Assembly (NCBI GenBank): GCA_031459625.1
Contig: JAVKIH010000011.1
Span: 6,817-70,816, forward strand
From: Candidatus Geohabitans tengchongensis
Lineage (GTDB): Bacteria > Sysuimicrobiota > Sysuimicrobiia > Sysuimicrobiales > Humicultoraceae
DNA length: 64,000 bases
Reading direction: 5' to 3'
Shown: piece by piece, positions 57,141-64,000 of the stretch
How positions within the stretch are numbered: position 1 is the first letter of the stretch
How the letters are laid out: every line of letters begins with the position of its first letter
The notes under the pieces: model-generated
Databases searched by the model: none
Told to the model about the DNA's origin: nothing
The model's input: only the letters and a program-made list of their open reading frames with translations
Position numbers and translations under genes: made by a program

Positions 57141-58037
57141 ATGGAGGGGCGGTACGAGACCATCCTGGTGAGGGACGACGACGGGATCGTGACGGTCACC
57201 TTCAACCGGCCCGAGAAGAAGAACGCCATGAACCCCACGCTGCACCGGGAGATGCACGCGGCGCTCACGGCCCTGGCCGCGGACGACCGGGTGCGCGTGC
57301 TGGTCATCACCGGAGCGGGGGACGCCTTCAGCGCCGGAATGGACCTGAAGGAGTACTTCTACGACCTCAAGGACCGGCCCCGGGAGGTGGACCGCAACCG
57401 CGTCATCTCCCAGGAGTGGCGCGACCGCAAGCTGCGGCTCTTCCCCGCGCCCACCATCGCCATGGTGAACGGGTACTGCTTCGGCGGGGCGCTGCCGGTG
57501 GTGGCGGCCTGCGACCTGGCCCTGGCCGCCGAGGAGGCGCTCTTCGGCCTCTCCGAGGTGAACTTCAAGGGCATCCCGGCCGGGCCGGTGGCCATGGCCA
57601 TGGGGCGCGTCCTCCACCCGCGCGACGCCCTGTGGCACATGCTGCTGGGCGAGCCGTTCGACGGCCGCCGGGCGGCGGAGCTGAAGCTGGTGAACCGGGC
57701 GGTGCCGCGGGCGCAGCTGGCCGCGGAGACCTACGCCGTGGCCGCCGCCCTGCGGGCGAAAGACCCCCACGCGCTGCGCCTGACCAAGGAGCTCTTCCGC
57801 CACAGCCTGGGGATGGACCCCGACGCCGCGCTGGCCTTCGCCAACGCCAAGGTGCGGGAGCTGACCTACCTGCAGCAGGGGGGCTGGATCGAGGAAGGCA
57901 TCGGGGCGTTCCTGGCGGGGCGGTCGCGGCCGGGGTTGGGGGCGGAGGGCGTCGCGTCCGATCCGGACGCAATACCCTCCTCCACGACCGACCGCCCTGG
58001 TCGCCACGACGTGCCGCCGCCTCCAGGGGGGCGCTGA
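57141..58037 (+). CDS. crotonase-superfamily enoyl-CoA hydratase, hydroxycinnamoyl-CoA hydratase-lyase (HCHL)-like
   Basis: NRPEKKNAMNP, ITGAGDAFSAGMDLKEYF, PTIAMVNGYCFGG, ACDLALAAEEALFGLSEVNFKGIP. These segments match my recollection of Pseudomonas HCHL better than generic crotonases, but no alignment was run. Confidence 0.8.
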   Translation: MEGRYETILVRDDDGIVTVTFNRPEKKNAMNPTLHREMHAALTALAADDRVRVLVITGAGDAFSAGMDLKEYFYDLKDRPREVDRNRVISQEWRDRKLRLFPAPTIAMVNGYCFGGALPVVAACDLALAAEEALFGLSEVNFKGIPAGPVAMAMGRVLHPRDALWHMLLGEPFDGRRAAELKLVNRAVPRAQLAAETYAVAAALRAKDPHALRLTKELFRHSLGMDPDAALAFANAKVRELTYLQQGGWIEEGIGAFLAGRSRPGLGAEGVASDPDAIPSSTTDRPGRHDVPPPPGGR

Positions 58038-58064
58038 ACGCCCGTCGGCGGCGGGGAGGGATCC

Positions 58065-59639
58065 GTGACCACCGCAGCTCCCGTACCCTCTGCGCTGTCC
58101 TCGGGCTCCGTGCCGATCGAAGAGGAGCCCTACGTGCACCTGCGCCTGGAGGACGGTGGGGTGACGGTGCGGGGGAACCCGGCGGTGACGTTGGGTCACC
58201 GGGTTCCCCGGGGAGCGGGGGAGAAGCCGGACGGCGTCTTCGCAGCCTGGTCCTGGGACGGCCGTGTCCTGCGCGTGGAGAACGACCGCTACGGGTGCTA
58301 TCCGCTGTACTATGCCGCCGCTCCGGGCGAGCTCCGCCTCTCTCCCTCCATCCCGCGGCTTCTGCGCGCCGGGGTGTCGCGGGAAGTGGACGAGACGGCC
58401 CTCGGCGTCTTCCTGCGGCTGGGCTACTTTCTGGACGATGAAACACCGTTCCGGGCCATCCGGGCCGTGCCGCCCGACGCGACGTTCATCTGGCGCGACG
58501 GGCAGCTCGAGGTCAGCGGGCGCTACGCCGGCAGCCCGGAGCAGACCATCACCCGGAGGGCCGCCATCGACGCCTACGTCGAGCTGTTCCGGCAGGCGAT
58601 CCGCCGCCGTCCCCCGACGGAGGAGGCGGTGGTGACCCTGAGCGGCGGGCGGGATTCCCGGCACATCCTCCTGGAACTGTGCGCACAGGGCACCCCACCC
58701 CGGCGGTGCGTCACCACCTACCGGTCCTTTCCGTCCATGCTGGGCCGTCACGCGCCCAGCGAGGACGTGGAGCTCGCCCGGGCCCTGGCCGAAGCCGTCA
58801 GGGTGGAGCACGTGCTGGTCCCGCAGTCCCCTTCGGCGCTGCGCGCCGAGCGCCGCAAGAACCTGCTGACCGGCTTCTGCACAGACGAGCATGGGTGGTA
58901 CGTCGCGGTGGCCGACTACCTGAAGGGCCACGCCACGGCCGTGTACGACGGGATCGCCGGCGACGGGCTCTCCGAGGACCCGCTGCTCGACGCGGAGGGG
59001 CTGCGCCTCTACCGGGAGGGGCGGCTGGGCGAGCTGGCAGACCGCTGGCTCGACGAGCGGGAGGAGGCTCTCCTCCGCACGCTCATCCCGCCGATGTGGG
59101 CGGGGGCGGCCGACCGCGACCGGGTCCACGCGCGCCTGGTGGCGGAGCTGCGCGCCTTCGCGGGCGCGCCCAATCCGGTGGGGACCTTCCTCTTCTGGAG
59201 CCTCACCCGCCGCGAGACCGCCCTGGCCCCCTACGGCCTGCTGCGCGGGGTCGACCTCGTCTACAGTCCCTACCTGGACCACGATCTCTACGACTTCCTG
59301 ACGTCGCTGCCTGGGGAGATGCTGCTGGGCCACCGGTTCCACACGGAGACGATCGCGCGGGGGCATCCCCGCTACGCCGCCTTTCCCTACCCCTCGAAGG
59401 ATGCGGCGGCCCTGCGGCGGCCGGTGCGTCATCGGTCCTTCACCCTGGAGGTGCTCCGCGAGGTGCTCGCCCGGCCCACGGCGTTCCGGGCGACGCTGGT
59501 CCCCACACTCCTCGCCGCGCTGGCCCGGGGAGCCCCCCGCTGGGTGTTGCCGGTCGTCGTCTACCTCATGCAGCTCGAGGAGGTCTGCCGCGACCTGCCG
59601 GCGTGGTGGCGGGCCGGTGAGCCCGGCGAGGGGGCCTGA
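58065..59639 (+). CDS. asparagine synthetase-family amidoligase (AsnB/WbpS-like) lacking the N-terminal Cys nucleophile
   Basis: PP-loop VVTLSGGRDSRHILLEL in the synthetase domain. An N-terminal Ntn-like region is present, but the protein starts VTTAAP... with no Met-Cys-Gly start. Confidence 0.75.
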   Translation: MTTAAPVPSALSSGSVPIEEEPYVHLRLEDGGVTVRGNPAVTLGHRVPRGAGEKPDGVFAAWSWDGRVLRVENDRYGCYPLYYAAAPGELRLSPSIPRLLRAGVSREVDETALGVFLRLGYFLDDETPFRAIRAVPPDATFIWRDGQLEVSGRYAGSPEQTITRRAAIDAYVELFRQAIRRRPPTEEAVVTLSGGRDSRHILLELCAQGTPPRRCVTTYRSFPSMLGRHAPSEDVELARALAEAVRVEHVLVPQSPSALRAERRKNLLTGFCTDEHGWYVAVADYLKGHATAVYDGIAGDGLSEDPLLDAEGLRLYREGRLGELADRWLDEREEALLRTLIPPMWAGAADRDRVHARLVAELRAFAGAPNPVGTFLFWSLTRRETALAPYGLLRGVDLVYSPYLDHDLYDFLTSLPGEMLLGHRFHTETIARGHPRYAAFPYPSKDAAALRRPVRHRSFTLEVLREVLARPTAFRATLVPTLLAALARGAPRWVLPVVVYLMQLEEVCRDLPAWWRAGEPGEGA

Positions 59640-59644
59640 CGTCC

Positions 59645-60484
59645 GTGTACCACGTTACCCTCGACGGCTTCCGCGGGTACCGTTCGCGCTTCGACGACAT
59701 TCGGCTCGTCCAGGAAGTCCTGGAGGGACTGCCCGTGATCCTCGAGTTGCAGCCGACGATGCCGGCGTTCCTGCTCCCCTACTACAACGGCGTGGTCCCC
59801 GAGGACTGCGGCATCAGCGCGTTCGTGTTCCTGGAAGGCGGCCACTGCACCATCCACACCTTCTCCTTCCGTGAGACGTATTTTGCTGACGTCGTCTCGC
59901 CGCGGGCGTTCGATGCCGAGCGGCTGTATCGGCACTTGCAGGCCGCCTTCCCGTGCGCCATCACCGCTGTCAGTGCCCTGTCCCGTGACGGGACTCCGGT
60001 CGAGGCGCCCGAGGCGGACCCGGAGGCCGACTTCGGCCCGCACTACTTCCTGGACCTCATGGACTACGCCGGCCCGGCCCACCTGGACGAGGTGTTCGAC
60101 CTGTTCGACCGGCTGCCGGGGGTGATCGGGATGACACCGATCATGCGTCCGTACGTCCTGCGGGGCCGGACGGCGGACGGCCGGCAGCACGTTAGCGCGA
60201 TGACCATGATCGCGGAGAGTCACCTCGCCCTGCACGTCTTCCCCGGGGACCGTCGGGCGCACTTCGACCTGTTCTCGTGTCGCTTCTTCGACCACACCGC
60301 GGTCATCCCGCGGATCCGGCGGGAGTTGCCCGGGACGATCCGCGGGGAAGCGCTCATCGCCCGAGGGCGGCGCTATCGCTACCTGCGGATGGACGGGCCG
60401 GGACACACGGCCCAGGCCCGGGCGTGGGTCAGGGTCTTGCCGGCCTCGGCGGCCGCGGAGGAGGTCGGCGCATCCTCCGGGTGA
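59645..60484 (+). CDS. fused tandem-duplicated S-adenosylmethionine decarboxylase-fold (pyruvoyl-dependent decarboxylase) homolog
   Basis: The C-terminal half carries VSAMTMIAESHLALHVFPGDRRAHFDLFSC, matching the class 1 AdoMetDC self-processing motif (..ISESHLTIHTWPE...DLFTCG). The N-terminal half carries the degenerate ISAFVFLEGGHCTIHTFSFRETYFADVVS. The two halves align to each other. Confidence 0.7.
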   Translation: MYHVTLDGFRGYRSRFDDIRLVQEVLEGLPVILELQPTMPAFLLPYYNGVVPEDCGISAFVFLEGGHCTIHTFSFRETYFADVVSPRAFDAERLYRHLQAAFPCAITAVSALSRDGTPVEAPEADPEADFGPHYFLDLMDYAGPAHLDEVFDLFDRLPGVIGMTPIMRPYVLRGRTADGRQHVSAMTMIAESHLALHVFPGDRRAHFDLFSCRFFDHTAVIPRIRRELPGTIRGEALIARGRRYRYLRMDGPGHTAQARAWVRVLPASAAAEEVGASSG

Positions 60485-60488
60485 TCCG

Positions 60489-61628
60489 ATGACCGCCAGT
60501 CCGTCCATGAGGCTGCGACCATCCGTGGCCTTGGTCCACCACGGGCAGTTCTCCGGGTGCACGGCATCGCTGCGCGGCGCCCTGGCCGCGCGGATGTCGG
60601 TGGTCGACCTGGACCTGCTCCGCCTGGCGCGGCGCCCCGCGTTGCTGCGCGCCCGGGTGCGCGCGACGTGGGAAGCGCAGCGAACGGGCAGGGGGACGCC
60701 CTGGGTGAAGACGGGGGCCTGGTCCCGGGCCTGTCAGCAGTGGGCGGAGGAGCACGGGTTCCTTGCGCCACACCGTCCCGTCCTGTTCCTGCAGACCCTC
60801 TCAGCCTTCGTGCTGGACAGGGCGGGGCCACGGTACGCCGTCTACACCGATCGGGTCAGCGCCGAGGGGGCGACCCGGGACGGGGTCTACGCGTCGCGGT
60901 TCACACCGGCGTGGCGGGCCCGGGAGCGGGTGTTCCTCCAGCGGGCGGAACGGGTCTTCGTGATGGGTCCGGCAACACAAGACGTGCTGGAACGGGAGTA
61001 CGGCGTCCCGCGGTGGCGCGTCAGTGTGGTCGGCGGCGGGCCCAACGTCCCGCTCACCGGGCCCGTCCAAGCCGACCGGTGCCGTGCCCTGCTCTTCGTG
61101 GGGCGGGAGTGGGAGATGAAGGGCGGCCCGCTGGTGTTGCGCGCCTTCCAGCAGCTGCGCCGTCGGTTCCCCGACCTGGAACTCCTCATCGCGGGCTGCA
61201 GGCCGTTCGTCCGGCCCCCGGCGGGAGTGCGGATGTTGGGCTGGGTGCCTCGCGAGGCCATGGACGACGTCTACTCCGCGGCCCAGATCCTGGTGGTCCC
61301 CGGTTACAAGGAAGCATTTGGACACGCCTTCGTCGAGGGGCTCATCAAGGGCCTGCCCTGTGTGGCCTCGTGTGGAGGGAACCAGGCCGACCTGATCGCC
61401 GATGCCGGGCGCTGCGTCCCCCCCGGAGACGTGGGGGCGTTGCGCGTGGCGCTGGCCGAGGTCATCGCCCGCTACCCGGAGTACCGGCGTCGGGCCGTGC
61501 GACGGGGCCGGGAGCTGCGGGAACGCTTCGCCTGGGACCGCATTGCCGGCCGCATCCTGGGGGAGTTCCTGGAGGCGGCCCCGGTGTCCGGGGAGGACCC
61601 GGCGCGCCCGACACCAGCGCGGTCCTGA
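60489..61628 (+). CDS. glycosyltransferase (GT-B, GT4-like); paralog of 35398..36516
   Basis: LLFVGREWEMKGGPLVLRAF...LELLIAG and VVPGYKEAFGHAFVEGLIKGLPCVAS. Collinear with the 35398 product, including the N-terminal half. Confidence 0.75.
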   Translation: MTASPSMRLRPSVALVHHGQFSGCTASLRGALAARMSVVDLDLLRLARRPALLRARVRATWEAQRTGRGTPWVKTGAWSRACQQWAEEHGFLAPHRPVLFLQTLSAFVLDRAGPRYAVYTDRVSAEGATRDGVYASRFTPAWRARERVFLQRAERVFVMGPATQDVLEREYGVPRWRVSVVGGGPNVPLTGPVQADRCRALLFVGREWEMKGGPLVLRAFQQLRRRFPDLELLIAGCRPFVRPPAGVRMLGWVPREAMDDVYSAAQILVVPGYKEAFGHAFVEGLIKGLPCVASCGGNQADLIADAGRCVPPGDVGALRVALAEVIARYPEYRRRAVRRGRELRERFAWDRIAGRILGEFLEAAPVSGEDPARPTPARS

Positions 61629-61644
61629 CGATGGGAGGCCGATC

Positions 61645-62553
61645 ATGGACGTGGGGACCACGCGTCTCGTGAACCCCGAGCTGCGCGCCCGCCTCGATGG
61701 CGGGGCGCGCCCGCCGTGTCGCATCCGGCGCCCGGGCCATCTGGCCCTCGAGGTGGCGGACCTGGGCCGGGCGGTGGACTTCTACACCCGGATCCTCCGC
61801 CTGGTGCGTGTCGAAGAGGGGGAGGGCGTCGTCTACCTCCGGTCGCAGTTCGAGCACCACTGCCTGGAGCTGCATGGCACCGGCCGGTCGGGACTCCATC
61901 ACGCCGGATGGGAGACGGACAGCGACCAGGAGACCGAGGCTCTGCACGATGCCCTGGCCCGGCGGGGCGTCCCGGTGCGCGACGCCCCGCCCGAGCCGGG
62001 CCGGCGGGGCCGGGCCTTCCAGTTCCAGGACCCCATGGGGTTCTGGCACGAGGTCTACCGGGCCATGGACCGCCTCCCGGTGCTGGTGAGCAACGGTCCC
62101 TTCCCCGTCCTGCGCCAGGCCCACTTCGCCTTCAACTCCCCGGACGTGGATCGCGACCTGGAGTTCTTCCGGGCGGTAGGGTTTCGGGTCTCGGACTGGA
62201 GTCCGGGCCGGCAGGCCTCGCTCCGCTGCCTCCCGGAGCACCACAACATCTCGCTCTTTGCCCACGGGCGCGCACGCTTCCACCACCAGGGCTTTGACAT
62301 CGGCTCCTGGGAGCACCTGAAGGGGATCCTCGACTGGATCGCCCACCAGGAGTACCCGGTCGAGGTGGGCCCCGTGCGTCACGCTCTGGGCAATAACATC
62401 TCGGTCTACCTGCTCGACCCCGACCGTTTCCGCATCGAGCTGTTCTGCGAGATGGAGCAGATCCTCGACGACGAGGATCACGAGAACCGCCGCCAGCCGC
62501 CGCTCTTCGACCTCTGGCGCCGCCAGCCCGTCCCGGCGGACTTCAGGGAGTAG
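61645..62553 (+). CDS. two-domain VOC-superfamily protein, type I extradiol (catechol 2,3-) dioxygenase-like
   Basis: Two glyoxalase/VOC modules (HLALEVADLGRAVDFY... and AHFAFNSPDVDRDLEFF...). Candidate 2-His-1-carboxylate ligands lie in HFAF, HHQGF and RIELF. Confidence 0.7.
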   Translation: MDVGTTRLVNPELRARLDGGARPPCRIRRPGHLALEVADLGRAVDFYTRILRLVRVEEGEGVVYLRSQFEHHCLELHGTGRSGLHHAGWETDSDQETEALHDALARRGVPVRDAPPEPGRRGRAFQFQDPMGFWHEVYRAMDRLPVLVSNGPFPVLRQAHFAFNSPDVDRDLEFFRAVGFRVSDWSPGRQASLRCLPEHHNISLFAHGRARFHHQGFDIGSWEHLKGILDWIAHQEYPVEVGPVRHALGNNISVYLLDPDRFRIELFCEMEQILDDEDHENRRQPPLFDLWRRQPVPADFRE

Positions 62554-62555
62554 GC

Positions 62556-63506
62556 GTGAGCGCGGAGCCCGCCCCGGCCGTCAGCGTCGTCCTGCCCACC
62601 TACAACCGGGCCGCAGTGCTCCCGCGGGCCGTCGAGAGCACGTTGCGGCAGACGTTTCCGGATTGGGAGCTCGTCATCGTGGACGACGGCTCAGTGGACG
62701 CGACAGGTGCAGTCCTGCAGCAGTTCGTCGACGGACGGATCCGCTACGTCCGAGGGGAGCACAACCGCGGCGTGGCGGCGGCACGCCAGGTGGGCCTCAC
62801 ACTTGCCCGCGCTCCCTATGTCACCTTCCTGGATTCCGACGACGAGTACCGCCCGGAGAAACTGGCCGCGCAGGTCCGTGCGCTCCGGCAGCGAGGGGAG
62901 GCGGTGGAGTGCGGGATGCGGCTCGTCCTGCCCGACGGGCGTGAGCGGGACCTGGCCCCGGTGCTCTACCGCAAGTCGCCGGAACAGTTCGGGCTGGTCG
63001 CCCGCGGGATCAACCTGGCCACCCTGCTGATTCCCCGCGAGGCTGCGCTCGCGACCGGGTTCGATGAAGCGATCCGCTTCTCGATGTCGGACTGGGACTT
63101 CGTCCTCCGGCTCCTGCGTCGCTGCCGGGTGACCGCCGTCGTGCCGCAGCCGCTGGTCGTCCACTACAGCCACCGGGGGCCGCGCATGTCCACCGCCGCG
63201 AACCTGATGCGCGGGCTGGAATACGTGCTGGCCAAGTACGAGGGGACGGAGGTCCTGTCGCCGCGCGTGCGGGCGCGATTGCTCCATCGCCTGGCGGCGT
63301 ACTGCATCGGACGGGGAGACCTGCCGCGGGCACGGCAGCTCCTGCGGCGCTCGGTCGCGTCCTGGCCGTGGAGCGCTCCGCGCTGGCTCATGCTGGCGGC
63401 AGTCGCCCTCCAGCCGGTGGCCTTCGACCGATTCTACGCCGTCTACGGACGGGTGGCGCGAGTGCTGCAGCGCCTTCGCGTCCGGACGGGGGGCGTCCTG
63501 GCATGA
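62556..63506 (+). CDS. glycosyltransferase family 2
   Basis: VSVVLPTYNRAAVLPRAVESTLRQTF, LVIVDDGSVDAT, FLDSDDEY. Confidence 0.85.
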   Translation: MSAEPAPAVSVVLPTYNRAAVLPRAVESTLRQTFPDWELVIVDDGSVDATGAVLQQFVDGRIRYVRGEHNRGVAAARQVGLTLARAPYVTFLDSDDEYRPEKLAAQVRALRQRGEAVECGMRLVLPDGRERDLAPVLYRKSPEQFGLVARGINLATLLIPREAALATGFDEAIRFSMSDWDFVLRLLRRCRVTAVVPQPLVVHYSHRGPRMSTAANLMRGLEYVLAKYEGTEVLSPRVRARLLHRLAAYCIGRGDLPRARQLLRRSVASWPWSAPRWLMLAAVALQPVAFDRFYAVYGRVARVLQRLRVRTGGVLA

Positions 63507-64000
63507 GCCCATCCTCCCCGGCGAGGCCGCTGGTCAGCGTCATCCTGCCGACCTACAACCGGGCGAGCTTTTTGGACCGGGCCCTGCGGAGCGTCCTTAG
63601 CCAGACCCTCCCGGACTACGAAGTGCTCGTCGTGGACGACGGCTCCACCGACGACACCGCGGAGCGAGTCCGGGCCGCGGGGGACGCTCGGGTCCGCTAC
63701 ATCCGGCAGCCGCGCAACCGGGGCGTCTCCGCGGCCCGCAACCTGGGGTTGCGTTTGAGCCGCGGCCACTTCGTCACCTTCCTGGATTCCGACGACGAGT
63801 ACCTGCCGGTCAAGCTGGAGCGACAGGTGGCGGCGCTGGCGGCGGCTCCGGCAGAGGTGGGGGCGGTGGAGTGCGGGCTGCGCATCGTAGCCAACGGCGC
63901 CCACCGGGACCAGCCGCCCCAGCTGCGCGGACGAGACTACCTGACCTTCCTGCGCTCGCGGGAGGGAGTGAACATGGCCGCCCTCCTCGTGCGGGCAGAC
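63504..64000 (+). CDS. glycosyltransferase family 2, N-terminal fragment (runs off window end); tandem paralog of 62556
   Basis: Not in the ORF track because no stop is reached. ATG 63504 overlaps the upstream TGA. Translation: MSPSSPARPLVSVILPTYNRASFLDRALRSVLSQTLPDYEVLVVDDGSTDDT...FLDSDDEY. Confidence 0.85.

Noticed and set aside
58065-59639. The Cys-less AsnB homolog as a lasso-peptide cyclase (McjC-like) and hence a RiPP cluster.
   Set aside because: I found no transglutaminase-like leader protease (B), no PqqD-like RRE and no plausible short precursor ORF nearby. Both flanks are glycan genes. An amidoligase role in sugar modification fits the context better.

Overview
Very GC-rich bacterial window in which every supported gene lies on the + strand. 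The long minus-strand ORFs and many alternate-frame ORFs in the track look like high-GC shadow frames. I found no rRNA, transposase, integrase or CRISPR array. Layout: (1) 1-19.1 kb holds carbohydrate and acid-sugar metabolism. It contains a sugar ABC tail, three xylose-isomerase-like TIM barrels, a Gfo/Idh/MocA oxidoreductase, a Cof phosphatase, two paralogous Fe3+/AfuABC-type ABC importers, a creatininase-family protein, an FGGY kinase, an aldolase-fold protein, and Hyi plus GlxR/GarR-like genes. (2) 19.1-20.9 kb holds a tRNA-Asp(GTC) with a near-consensus promoter, an orphan LuxR-type response regulator, a hairpin, and a ~0.5 kb leader with a possible 77-aa ORF. (3) 20.9-64 kb (running off the window) is one tightly packed co-directional glycan-assembly locus. 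It encodes a Wza-like exporter, a PCP, a BY-kinase-like protein with degenerate Walker A, an internal NusG paralog, Wzx and a Wzy-like protein, a PglC-like priming transferase, PglF/DegT-like amino-sugar genes, at least 9 glycosyltransferases, 4 deacetylase-fold genes, a formyltransferase, 2 GNATs and an ATP-grasp ligase. This locus is interrupted at 47.3-58.0 kb by a translationally coupled acyl-CoA module: an ANL adenylating enzyme, GlcG, two family III CoA-transferases, an ACAD, a NitT/TauT-type ABC importer and an HCHL-like crotonase. After the module come an AsnB-like amidoligase, a fused pseudo-dimeric AdoMetDC-fold pyruvoyl decarboxylase homolog, a VOC extradiol-dioxygenase-like protein and more glycosyltransferases. 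The most promising candidates for something undescribed are the AdoMetDC-fold fusion with its neighbours and the acyl-CoA module wired into the glycan operon. All functional calls come from motif recognition by eye; no database search was run.
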